DNA from: Vulcanimicrobiota bacterium
GTDB lineage: Bacteria; Vulcanimicrobiota; Vulcanimicrobiia; Vulcanimicrobiales; Vulcanimicrobiaceae
Assembly (NCBI GenBank): GCA_963733295.1
Contig: CAVTCS010000003.1
Location: 1,760,001 to 1,824,000 of the forward strand
Reading direction: 5' to 3'
Length of the DNA stretch: 64,000 nucleotides
Position 1 is the first letter of the stretch. Each line of letters starts with the position of its first letter. Below the pieces are notes generated by a model that was given only the letters and a program-made list of their open reading frames with translations, ran no database searches and was not told the DNA's origin. Position numbers and translations under genes: made by a program. Positions 50,346-59,498 of this stretch are shown one piece after another.

Positions 50346-51982
50346 ATCGAATAATCTTGCGGGTCCCAGAAGGGCGAGATCACCGGTGACGGGCGGTAGC
50401 CTTTGAGATCGGTGTTGTAGATTTCCGGCTCGAGCCGATAGAACAGCACGATCGAAGGAACGTCGCCGGCGAATTGCTGCTGCTCGATCACGAAGTCTTT
50501 CTTGCGACGCTTGTTATCGACGGTCGAAAGTTCGTCGTCCATCGCTTTGGTCGCGACGGCGTTGTTCCAAAACAGCCCGTTCTGCCCCTTCGGCGCCATG
50601 TTATGCGCCGAGTAGATGGCGCTGTCGTCCGGGTCGGCTGCACCGCCCCACGCATAGCCGGCCACGTCGTAGTGGCCGCCCTGAATCGTTCCCTTGGCGG
50701 TGTTGTCGAAGAATAGGGCGGAAGGCACGTTCTTCACCGCGACGTCGGCGCCGACGTCGTGCCATTCGCGCTGCACGAACTGCTCGATCTGCTTGTTCGT
50801 ATTGCTTTCGGTGTAAGTCGAGTAGTTGAACGCGAGACGCTGTCCGTTCTTGACGCGGATGCCGTCGCGTCCGACGCGCCAGCCGTCGGCGTCGAGCAGC
50901 GTCCTCGCTCTGACCAGATCGTAGGGCCAGTGCGACGTATTGTCGGTCCAGCCCCACGAGATCTTGGGCGAGAGCGCGGTGTCGGTCATGTCTCCGAGCC
51001 CGAAGGCGATCTTGTTGCGGATCGCCAGACGGTCGGTCCCGAGCGCCAGTGCGTGCCGCAGCTGCGGATCCCTGGCGAACATCGGGTCCTTCATGTTGAA
51101 GTCGATGTGGTCGTAGGTGAAGACGTGCACGGGATCGGCAATCGTGCCTGGAATGTCGTGCAGCTGCGGCCAAGCATTGGCGCCCACGTGGATCGCCATG
51201 TCGATCTCGTGCGTCCTCACCTGATTGATCAGCGTGTTCTCGTCGGGCATGATCTTGAAGACGACCTCGTCGAGCTTCGGTTTCCCGAGAAAATAGCCAT
51301 CGTACGCCTTTAAGACGACCTGCGAACCGCGATCCCAGCGATCGACCATGAACGGTCCGCTGCCGATCGGTTTCGAGTTGTAATCGGCGGTGTTGAACGA
51401 ACCTTTCTTGTCGTTGTACTTCTCGAGCAGGTGCGCCGGGAGAATCGGTGCGTTGCCGTTGACGGCCCAGAGCTGCTGCAAGAACGGCGCGTACACCCGC
51501 TTCATGTGGACCACCGCGACGAGCGGATCGCTACAATCGATGCTGTCGATGTCCTTGTAGCCGTCGGTCGTCACGCCGTTATTGGCCGGATTCATGACGA
51601 CGCGCCAAGTGAACTCGAGATCGTGACAGGTCAGCTTTTGGCCGTCCTGCCACGTGATGTTCGGGCGCAGCTTGTACTTGAGCGTCAAACCGTCCGGGCT
51701 GACGTCGCCGTTTTGGACCGTGGGAATCTCGACCAACGCATCGGGCACCGGGCGCGCCTGATCGTCGTAGCGTACGGTGTACGAGAAAATAAACATCGAG
51801 AGATCACCGGCAGCCGCGTTGTTGGCGAGGACAGGGTTGAGGTTCTTCGGGTCCTGAGACTCGCCGTACACGAGTCTGCCGTGGTGCGTCCACGGATTGC
51901 TGCTCGACGGCTCCGCCGATTGCGTTCGCGTGCAAGCTGCAGCGAGGAGCGCGAGAAGGGCGAGGCTCGCGACTTTACGCAC
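50342..51982 (-). CDS. Peptide ABC solute-binding lipoprotein (family 5)
   Basis: Lipobox AAAC, WQDGQKLT, GSGPF. Confidence 0.92.
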   Translation of the reverse strand: MRKVASLALLALLAAACTRTQSAEPSSSNPWTHHGRLVYGESQDPKNLNPVLANNAAAGDLSMFIFSYTVRYDDQARPVPDALVEIPTVQNGDVSPDGLTLKYKLRPNITWQDGQKLTCHDLEFTWRVVMNPANNGVTTDGYKDIDSIDCSDPLVAVVHMKRVYAPFLQQLWAVNGNAPILPAHLLEKYNDKKGSFNTADYNSKPIGSGPFMVDRWDRGSQVVLKAYDGYFLGKPKLDEVVFKIMPDENTLINQVRTHEIDMAIHVGANAWPQLHDIPGTIADPVHVFTYDHIDFNMKDPMFARDPQLRHALALGTDRLAIRNKIAFGLGDMTDTALSPKISWGWTDNTSHWPYDLVRARTLLDADGWRVGRDGIRVKNGQRLAFNYSTYTESNTNKQIEQFVQREWHDVGADVAVKNVPSALFFDNTAKGTIQGGHYDVAGYAWGGAADPDDSAIYSAHNMAPKGQNGLFWNNAVATKAMDDELSTVDNKRRKKDFVIEQQQFAGDVPSIVLFYRLEPEIYNTDLKGYRPSPVISPFWDPQDYSM

Positions 51983-52078
51983 GGTCAGGAAACCCCGACC
52001 GGGGAAGCAATCAAGTCCATCCCTGTTCGCTACTGCGTCGTGGGCCGTAAGACCTACACGCCCGCGGGACCGGCCCGG

Positions 52079-53668
52079 CTACGGCCTCATCTTGCTGACG
52101 TCGTAGTTCGAGCCGAGCGCGAAGAGATAGGCCTGCTCGGCTTGCCGCAAGGCGTAGACCGCGTTGACCTGCGCGCCGAGCGCCGTCGTGAGCCCGACCT
52201 GGGCGTTCAGCAAGAGCGGCAAGGTAGTGACGCCGGCCCGGTACTGCGCCTGCGTGGCCTGGAGGACCACCAGAGCCGTGGTGTAGGAAACTTGGGCCTG
52301 ATCGAGCGCCGCGCTGGCGCTGACGAGGTTCGAGAGCGCCTGCTTGACCGACAGCTGCACCGAAAGCAGCGAGGTCTGCAGGTTTGCTGCCGCGATGTCG
52401 AGCTGCGCCTTGGCTTGCGCGGAGTTGGCGGCGCGGACGCCTTGGTCGAAGAGTGGTATCGTTAGCGCGGCCCCGACGGTGCTGCTGTTGCGGTAGGCGC
52501 CGCCGCCGGGATTGGTCGAGCCGGTACCGGTCTCTCCGGTTCCGTTCAACGTCGGGAAGTTCGTCAAGCGAGCTTCTTTGAGACTGTATTCGGCCGCCGT
52601 GTAGTTTTGAAGCGCGCTGGCGTAATCCGGCCGCAGCAGGAGCGCGCGCTTGATCGCGACGTCGTAAGGTTGAATCGGTACCGTCGAAACGGGGCTGTTG
52701 GTGAAGACCGGCGCGTCATCGATCGGCTGGATGTTGTAACGCGCGTCGAGGCCCAACGTATTCGCAAACGACGCTTGAGCCGAAAGCTCGGCGCCTTGCG
52801 CTTGGATCAGCGCTAAACGTGCCTGCGCCGTCGCGACCTGCGCGGTTGCGATGTCGATCTTGGCTGCGGTTCCCGCCTGGACTTGCGCACGGATCAGGTT
52901 CTCTTGCACGACGTCCTGTTGCACGATCTCGACGTCGACTTGCACCGTGCGTTCTGCCGCGAGGTAATTGTAGTACGAGGCCGCGACGTTTTCAGCGACG
53001 GTTTGCAGCTGGAATAAGAACGAGTCGATGTCGGCCGAGTGCGTGTGCTGCGCCGCTTTGACGCTCGCCGCAAGATGGCCGCCGTCCCAGATCAATTGGG
53101 TGAGGGTCAGGTCGAGGCTGCTGGCGGTGAAGCTGCCGATACCGGCGCGCGTGGCCGAACCCGATCCGCCGGTCGTGCTCAGCGCGCCGAATTGCTGGAC
53201 GGACCGCGAAATATTGGCCGAGCCGGACAAGTCCGGATTGAAACCGGTCGCTGCGAGCTGCGCTTCGGCCGCCGCCACGTTGGCGTTGCCCCGCGCAATT
53301 GCCAGCGAGGGCGATCGCGCAAAACCGATCGCCTGCGCTTGCGAAAGCGAAATCTTGTTCGGAAGGCCGGAATCAGGTCCGGGCACGACTCCCTGGACGC
53401 CCGGGACGGGAGTCCCGTAGGCGGGATACGGCAAGGGCGAGCCTTCGCCCGCGGGCGCGAGCGTCGCCACCGCGTAAGGCGTCGGCACCCCGGCGGGCAG
53501 GTTTCCAAAGCCCGGCGGGGTCGCAACCACTTGCGGCGACGAGGTCGCCTGCGCCACGACGGGATGCGCCGCATCCGAGGGCGCTCCCAACAAGGCAATC
53601 GCGAACACGGCCACCGGCGTCGCGATGGTCAGCGCCGTCCGAAGGCGGCGTACGGTCAGAAAGTTCAC
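52079..53668 (-). CDS. tolC: TolC family outer-membrane efflux protein
   Basis: Two OEP repeats (LTQLIWDGG, LTIPLFDQG, YRAG); Pro-rich N-terminus. Confidence 0.85.
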   Translation of the reverse strand: MNFLTVRRLRTALTIATPVAVFAIALLGAPSDAAHPVVAQATSSPQVVATPPGFGNLPAGVPTPYAVATLAPAGEGSPLPYPAYGTPVPGVQGVVPGPDSGLPNKISLSQAQAIGFARSPSLAIARGNANVAAAEAQLAATGFNPDLSGSANISRSVQQFGALSTTGGSGSATRAGIGSFTASSLDLTLTQLIWDGGHLAASVKAAQHTHSADIDSFLFQLQTVAENVAASYYNYLAAERTVQVDVEIVQQDVVQENLIRAQVQAGTAAKIDIATAQVATAQARLALIQAQGAELSAQASFANTLGLDARYNIQPIDDAPVFTNSPVSTVPIQPYDVAIKRALLLRPDYASALQNYTAAEYSLKEARLTNFPTLNGTGETGTGSTNPGGGAYRNSSTVGAALTIPLFDQGVRAANSAQAKAQLDIAAANLQTSLLSVQLSVKQALSNLVSASAALDQAQVSYTTALVVLQATQAQYRAGVTTLPLLLNAQVGLTTALGAQVNAVYALRQAEQAYLFALGSNYDVSKMRP

Positions 53669-53671
53669 GCG

Positions 53672-54946
53672 TTAGTGCTGCGCTTTCCCCGGCGGAGGGC
53701 CGCCGATCGCCACGACGCTACCGTCTTGGAGCGCGTCGGGCCGCGTCGTGATTACGACGGTGCCCGGATCAATCTTGCCGCCGCGGACTTCGCTGAGAGT
53801 ATCTGTCTGTAATCCCAGCTGAACCGGGACCGCTTTTGCCTTCCCGTCGACCACCGTGTAGACGTTGGCGCCTTGATCGGTCTGAAAGACCGCGGTGCGC
53901 GGCACGACGACGGCGTTCTTGTGAAGCTGCTTCTGAACCGTGACGGTTACCAGCATGCCGCCGCGCAAGGTGCTGTCCGGATTGGGTTGGCGCACCCGCG
54001 CGCGATACGAGAGCGTGCCGGTCGTCGGAATCGCGTTGACGTCGGTGATCCTTCCATGGAACGTGCGGCCGGGCAAGCTCGGCGAACTGAAGCTGATCGG
54101 CGTTCCCGGGCGGACGTACGAGAGCCCTTCGTCAGGAACGTTGGCGTTGACGTACACCGGATTGAGCTGTGAGACGCGGACGACCGCTTGGTTCGGGCCG
54201 GCGAACGCGCCGGGATCCAACAGCCGCGCCGTCACGACGCCGTCGAACGGCGCGTAGATCGACGACTGCGCGATCTGCGTGCGCAAGAGATCGACGTTGG
54301 CTTCCGCGGCCTGCAAGGTTGCGCGGTTTTGCTGAATTGTCGCCTGATCGACTTGCGTGGACTGCAAACCGGCTTTCGCCGCGCGCAGCGCCGCTTCGTC
54401 GTTGGTGATCTGTTGCTGCGCTGCGACGTAGCTCGCGCGCGCCTGCTCCATCGTCGTCTGCGAGACGTAGCCTTGCGTGACCAGCTGCGCGTTGCTCTTG
54501 TAGACGAGTTGCGCGTTGGCGAGCGCGGCCTTGTCGCTGGCGAGTTTGGCCTCGGCCTGACTGACGGTGGTCGTATACTGCTGCGAGGAGATCGGCGCTT
54601 GAACCACCGAGCCCGTGACCTTCGAAACCGACTGCGCCACCGTCGCCTCGTTGGCGGCGAGCTGCGCGCGCAGCTGCGAGTCGTCGAGCTTGGCCAGCAG
54701 CTCGCCCTTGTGAACCACGTCGCCTTCGTTCACGTAGACGCCCGCCAGCGTGCCGGATTGGCTCGAGGCCAGGGTCGAGTCGAGGAAGGGCATGATCTGA
54801 CCGTCGAGGGTCATGTAGGTCGCGATATCGCGCTGCGACGCCTTAGCAACGTCGACGGCAAGGGCGGGGGGTGCCTGCTGGTGACCCTTGCCGCCACATC
54901 CGCTCGCCAGCACGGCCGCGAGCAGTGCAAAAGCGCGAATCCTCAT
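53672..54946 (-). CDS. Efflux membrane fusion protein (lipoprotein)
   Basis: LASGC lipobox, VNEGDVVHKGELL, IYAPFDGVV, LRGGM. Confidence 0.9.
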   Translation of the reverse strand: MRIRAFALLAAVLASGCGGKGHQQAPPALAVDVAKASQRDIATYMTLDGQIMPFLDSTLASSQSGTLAGVYVNEGDVVHKGELLAKLDDSQLRAQLAANEATVAQSVSKVTGSVVQAPISSQQYTTTVSQAEAKLASDKAALANAQLVYKSNAQLVTQGYVSQTTMEQARASYVAAQQQITNDEAALRAAKAGLQSTQVDQATIQQNRATLQAAEANVDLLRTQIAQSSIYAPFDGVVTARLLDPGAFAGPNQAVVRVSQLNPVYVNANVPDEGLSYVRPGTPISFSSPSLPGRTFHGRITDVNAIPTTGTLSYRARVRQPNPDSTLRGGMLVTVTVQKQLHKNAVVVPRTAVFQTDQGANVYTVVDGKAKAVPVQLGLQTDTLSEVRGGKIDPGTVVITTRPDALQDGSVVAIGGPPPGKAQH

Positions 54947-55070
54947 CGAAAAACCTCTCTTGGCGGACGCTTGGTCCGGCCTCACTCGGGTACTACGCGG
55001 TTTCGGTCCGATTTGATTCACCGATTCACCCAGGCGGGAGGCCTGGGATTCCCGGAGTATGTGACCCGCC

Positions 55071-55466
55071 ATGGGGGCCAAAGTCGAGCTCGGCCGGCGG
55101 TATCAGAGCCAAACTCGCGTTGAAGAATGGATGACTGCGGAAAAAGCCGGCAACAAAGGGGTCGACGTGCTCTCGACGCCGATGCTGATCCAACTGATCG
55201 AAGCCGCCGCGGTCCAGTGTCTCGCGCCGACCCTCTCGGACGCCGAAGTATCGCTCGGGGCGCACATCGATCTCGCGCACGTCGCGCCGACGCCGGTCGG
55301 CTTGATCGTTCGAACCGAAGTCGAGATCATCGGCGTCGACGGCCGCCGGATTCAGTTCGCGGTGACGGCGTTTGACGAACGCGAGAAGATTGCCGAAGGC
55401 ACGCACGAACGCTACGTCATCGACCGTCCCAAGTTTCTCGCGAACCTCGAAGAGAAACTAAGCTAG
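55071..55466 (+). CDS. FlK-like hotdog thioesterase
   Basis: VLSTP..IE.A, HVAPTPVG, GTHER. Confidence 0.88.
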   Translation: MGAKVELGRRYQSQTRVEEWMTAEKAGNKGVDVLSTPMLIQLIEAAAVQCLAPTLSDAEVSLGAHIDLAHVAPTPVGLIVRTEVEIIGVDGRRIQFAVTAFDEREKIAEGTHERYVIDRPKFLANLEEKLS

Positions 55467-55876
55467 CAGCGAGCGGTCGGCCGGGCGCAGCACGAGCGGG
55501 CCCGACGAAAACTCTCACGGCCGTACGCGGGTGATGAAAACTTCCTTCGCGCGATTCTTTGTATGGTTACGAACAATCACGCATCCCTCCTCGCAAACCT
55601 GGCGATGGATGCCTCGCTTGGCAGAGATATCGACCAAAGTCACACCAATTTCGCAGTAAAATCCGCTATTTTAATGGTTAGGACGCGCAACCACTGGCTA
55701 CGTTGCGTCGTTCATGTGTCAGGGCGCTCATTCCAGGCTGCGCGCAAGCGTGGCTGGCGGAACAAGTTCCGCGGAAGCGCGCCCGTCGTGAAAACTTAGA
55801 CCGTGCGCGGCAGGCCGGTTTCGGCTCGTCCCCGCGCGGGTAAGAACGCGCAGACTATCTTTAGGAGGTTAACGAT

Positions 55877-57160
55877 TTGAATCGACTCGTAACGCGATTC
55901 GCTGCTGGTGTGGCGACCGCCGCGTTCGGGATCGTCGCGCTGGCAGTCAGCTCTGCCGGCCCGGCTCAGGCTCAACCGGCCCCCCAGTTCGGCTCACCGC
56001 CGTCCGGCGAAGTCCCGATCCTCTACAACGACCAACACGTTTACTCGAAGCCCGATAGACTGAAGCAAGGAAGACTCCTGGCCGCTTTGGTGCGTGGGAA
56101 CACCGTCCTTGTACCGCTCCGTTCGATGTTCGAGCAAATGGGCGCTACGGTTTCCTGGAACCCGTCGACCAAGACCGTCGACGTTTCTAAGCCCGGCGCC
56201 GACGTTCAGGTAACGGTCGGAAAGCCGGAAGTCACCATCAACGGCGAGAGCCGTCCGCTCGACGTTCCACCCGAAATCTACAAGGGTTCGGTCGTCGTTC
56301 CGGTTCGCGTCATTTCCGAAGGCATGGGCGCCTACGTTCTGTGGGTTCCTGAGAAACGCGTCGTCGTCGTGCGGTACATCCCGCCGACCCCGCCGCCGAC
56401 TCCTCCGCCGGCCCCACCGCCGCCGCCGCCGCCACCGCCACCGGTCGTAACGCCGCCGCCACCGCCGCCACCGACCCCGACTCCCAAGCCGAAGGCGCAA
56501 TTCGAGGCCTTCGTCGCGGGCGACGCGCTGTTCTCACCTAAGGTGTACAACGAGCTCAGCGCCGGACAACGCGGCGACACCTCACTCGGCGCACGTCTAG
56601 GCGCCACGTTCGGCATCGGAAGCCTCGCGTTCTTGGCCGAACTCCAGTACCAACAGTACATCTACGCGCACGTTGCCGGAGGGGCCGGATGCCCTGGCGA
56701 TCCAGGCTGCGTGACCGTCATCGGAAACACGGGTCAGACCTTCGTGCCGGCATTCACCGCCATCAACAACACGGATGACGGCCGTATCGGTATCGGAGCC
56801 TACAGAAGCTTCTACATCGTGGGAAGCTACGAGAACAACTACAACAACTTCGGCTACCCGCACCTCACGGGCGTCGGATTCGGTATCGAGAAGGTGGCCA
56901 ACTACGACCACTTCATCGATTACTTCGGTAGCTTCTTGTACTACCCGCAGATTAGCGGCAACTTCACCGACCCGTCAGGCAACAGCCTCCAGCTCCAGTA
57001 CGTGTACTACAAGTACCAGGGTGGTATCGACATCTCGATTCCGAGGACGCCGATCTTCATTGAAGGCGGCATCGTCGGAGACCATGGTATACCGAAACAG
57101 AACGCTCCCTCGGTCACGACCGATCACGGCGTGTTCGCAGGAGTCGGTATCCACTTCTAA
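55877..57160 (+). CDS. Copper-amine-oxidase N-terminal (stalk) domain + poly-Pro linker + beta-barrel outer-membrane protein
   Basis: Signal peptide; LVPLRSMFE.MGA.V.W and VVPVRVISE.MGA.V.W; PPPP linker; amphipathic strands ending GVGIHF; AGGAGG RBS. Confidence 0.82.
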   Translation: MNRLVTRFAAGVATAAFGIVALAVSSAGPAQAQPAPQFGSPPSGEVPILYNDQHVYSKPDRLKQGRLLAALVRGNTVLVPLRSMFEQMGATVSWNPSTKTVDVSKPGADVQVTVGKPEVTINGESRPLDVPPEIYKGSVVVPVRVISEGMGAYVLWVPEKRVVVVRYIPPTPPPTPPPAPPPPPPPPPPVVTPPPPPPPTPTPKPKAQFEAFVAGDALFSPKVYNELSAGQRGDTSLGARLGATFGIGSLAFLAELQYQQYIYAHVAGGAGCPGDPGCVTVIGNTGQTFVPAFTAINNTDDGRIGIGAYRSFYIVGSYENNYNNFGYPHLTGVGFGIEKVANYDHFIDYFGSFLYYPQISGNFTDPSGNSLQLQYVYYKYQGGIDISIPRTPIFIEGGIVGDHGIPKQNAPSVTTDHGVFAGVGIHF

Positions 57161-57184
57161 CCCCGGATAGTCCGGCAACAAACC

Positions 57185-57227
57185 AAGGGCCCCGTCCTTT
57201 CTCAGAAAGGGCGGGGCTCTTTCGTTT
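57185..57227 (+). terminator. Intrinsic terminator
   Basis: Stem AGGGCCCCGTCCTTTC / GAAAGGGCGGGGCTCT followed by TTCGTTT. Confidence 0.85.
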
Positions 57228-57267
57228 GGGTAGGCGCGCGCCGCAGCATCGTCGTAGTTCGCCCGGT

Positions 57268-58563
57268 ATGAAGGCGATACGGTTTCTCGCGTTGGCCTCC
57301 GTTGCATTGCTGGCAATCCCCGGACTCAGGCACCCCGCGCTGGCTCAGACGCCGAGCGGAGATTTCGGCTCCCCGCCATCGGGCGAGGTGCCGCTGCTTT
57401 TCAACGACCGGCACGTCTACGCGAAACCCGACCGTCAGAAATCGAATCGCGTGCTGGCCGCGCTCGTTCGCAACGGAACGATCCTCGTGCCGCTGCGCTC
57501 GATGTTCGAAGCGATGGGCGCGACCGTCACCTACGACGCCGCCACCAAGAGCGTCGACGTCTCGAAGGCCGGTGCCGACGTCAAGCTGACGCTCGACCAA
57601 CCGCAAGTCACGATCAACGGAGAGGTTCGTCCGCTCGACGTCCCGGCGATGATGTATCGCGGCACGATCGTCGTGCCCGTGCGCGTGATCTCCGAAGGGA
57701 TGGGCGCGTACGTCTTGTGGGTCGCCGAGAAACGGCTCGTCGTCGTGCGCTACATTCCGCCCGCGCCGCCGTCGCCGCCGCCGGCCCCACCGCCGCCGCC
57801 GCCGACACCCGCTCCGACGCCGATCGTGACCGCGCCACCGCTGCCCACACCGACGGCACCGCCTCCGCCGAAGAAGCCTTCACCCTACGAGCACTACATC
57901 GTGGGCGACTACCTTATCTCACCCAAGGTGTATAACGAATTCAGTCCCGGCAACACCGGTTCGAACGCGTTCCGTCTGGCGAGCGCGCTCGAGTTTCCGC
58001 TCTTCGGCTTTCCGTGGGAAGTCGGCGAAGATTACCGCGCTTTCTCGTATCCGCACAACGCCGGAGCACCGCCGTCGAGCTGTCCGCAGATCGGAAACCA
58101 AGGCTGCGTAAACGTCATCGGCGGTCAAGGGAAACAGAACTACGTGCCGGCGTTCAGCGCACGCGAAAGCGACGTCGATCTGCAAGTCGGCGCGAAGCTG
58201 GCCGACCCGCGCGTGTATCTCGACTTCGGCTACTTGACCCGTTGGAGCAACTACGGCTATCCGCGTGAAACCGGCATCGGGATCGGGCTCAACAAGCTAC
58301 CGGATCTCGACCACACGTTCTCCACGTACGCGAGCTTCTTCTACTATCCGTCAATCCAAGGCACCTATACCACCGGAAGCGGCGCGTCCGACGTGCTCGA
58401 CTACATCGTGATCAAGTGGGCCGTCGGTGCGACCTTGACGATTCCGAAATTCCCGGTGTATTTGGATGTGGGCTATCTCGGAGAGAACGGAGCGGGACGC
58501 AAGTCCGCGCCCGCGGGTTATTCCTACGCCGGCCCGTACGCGGGGCTCGGCATCCACTTCTAG
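57268..58563 (+). CDS. Paralogous stalk + poly-Pro + beta-barrel outer-membrane protein
   Basis: Same architecture; shared FGSPPSGEVP and SPKVYNE motifs; ends GLGIHF. Confidence 0.82.
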   Translation: MKAIRFLALASVALLAIPGLRHPALAQTPSGDFGSPPSGEVPLLFNDRHVYAKPDRQKSNRVLAALVRNGTILVPLRSMFEAMGATVTYDAATKSVDVSKAGADVKLTLDQPQVTINGEVRPLDVPAMMYRGTIVVPVRVISEGMGAYVLWVAEKRLVVVRYIPPAPPSPPPAPPPPPPTPAPTPIVTAPPLPTPTAPPPPKKPSPYEHYIVGDYLISPKVYNEFSPGNTGSNAFRLASALEFPLFGFPWEVGEDYRAFSYPHNAGAPPSSCPQIGNQGCVNVIGGQGKQNYVPAFSARESDVDLQVGAKLADPRVYLDFGYLTRWSNYGYPRETGIGIGLNKLPDLDHTFSTYASFFYYPSIQGTYTTGSGASDVLDYIVIKWAVGATLTIPKFPVYLDVGYLGENGAGRKSAPAGYSYAGPYAGLGIHF

Positions 58564-59498
58564 GGAGACCCTTGCTCCGCGGCGTGGAGCGCTGCCATGA
58601 CGGTCGCGGTCGTGAAGATCCGGCGGTCGTCGCTCGCGATTTCGCTCTGACGAAAGCGGCGGTCTCCAAGTGCGGACGAAAGCGGATCGGTGATCCGCAG
58701 GATGGGGGCGCTGGGCCAACTGCCATCCGCGTTCTGACGGGCCGCGAGGCGCCGTGAGATCGCGCCGCGGCGGGCCGCCCCCATCTCCAAAAGGACGGCA
58801 ATTTCAAGCGCGAGCGCTTCGTGAAAGCATGAGACCCCACTCGAAAGGTCGCAGCGTGAAAGTGCAAAGCGCGGCGCTCCGCCATCCTCCCGCTGCAGCC
58901 GCAAGAGTTCGTTCGCGAGATAGAGCGGTGACGGCCACCAATACGCAGCGGTGCTCGACGTTTCGCGCACGTAGGCGGCGAGCCGCGCGCGGCCCTTCCG
59001 AAGGATCACGTGCCCGGCGGGCAGGACGCCCGACAACGCGCGAAGCGCGACGACGGTCACGTCCGGATGTCCGGCGCACCAGCCGGGCCGGCCTTCGGAG
59101 GCGCGGTACGTTGCGAAATCGCCCGAGTCGAGTTGAAATTTGGCGAGCGCCGCGTAGTCACGGAGCGGTACTTCGTCGCCGATCGCGCGCAAGAAAAGAA
59201 TTGCACGGGCCGTCGAGTCCGCGTCGGGAGCGCAGCGCGTGTTGTAACCCCACCCGCCGCGCGGATCGCGTGCCGCGTTGATGAAGCTGCGCGCGCCGGC
59301 GAGCGCGGGAGCGGCGTCGACGCAACGAAGGGCACCGGCGACGCGAAGCAGGCTCGCGCCGACGTACGCGGTTACCCAGGCTTCGGAGCGGCCGGGTTTC
59401 AGCTGGAAATCACGCCAGGCTCCGTCCGCGTCCTGTGCCGCGACGACAAAGCTCGCGGCGTTCTCGACCGGCTCGTCGAGGGTTAGCGCGCTCTGCAT
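58560..59498 (-). CDS. Monodomain class II terpene cyclase / prenyltransferase-squalene-oxidase repeat protein (MstE-like)
   Basis: QW-like repeats QDADGAW, GGWGY, QLDSGDF, QNADGSW; PDADSTA acidic motif; FATY; 312 aa. Confidence 0.75.
   Translation of the reverse strand: MQSALTLDEPVENAASFVVAAQDADGAWRDFQLKPGRSEAWVTAYVGASLLRVAGALRCVDAAPALAGARSFINAARDPRGGWGYNTRCAPDADSTARAILFLRAIGDEVPLRDYAALAKFQLDSGDFATYRASEGRPGWCAGHPDVTVVALRALSGVLPAGHVILRKGRARLAAYVRETSSTAAYWWPSPLYLANELLRLQREDGGAPRFALSRCDLSSGVSCFHEALALEIAVLLEMGAARRGAISRRLAARQNADGSWPSAPILRITDPLSSALGDRRFRQSEIASDDRRIFTTATVMAALHAAEQGSP

Noticed and set aside
55580..55615. c-di-GMP-I riboswitch (GCAAAC-containing hairpin)
   Set aside because: The GAAA tetraloop stem and second stem are absent
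56381..57870. CCG tandem repeats as a DNA repeat element
   Set aside because: They simply encode the poly-proline linkers
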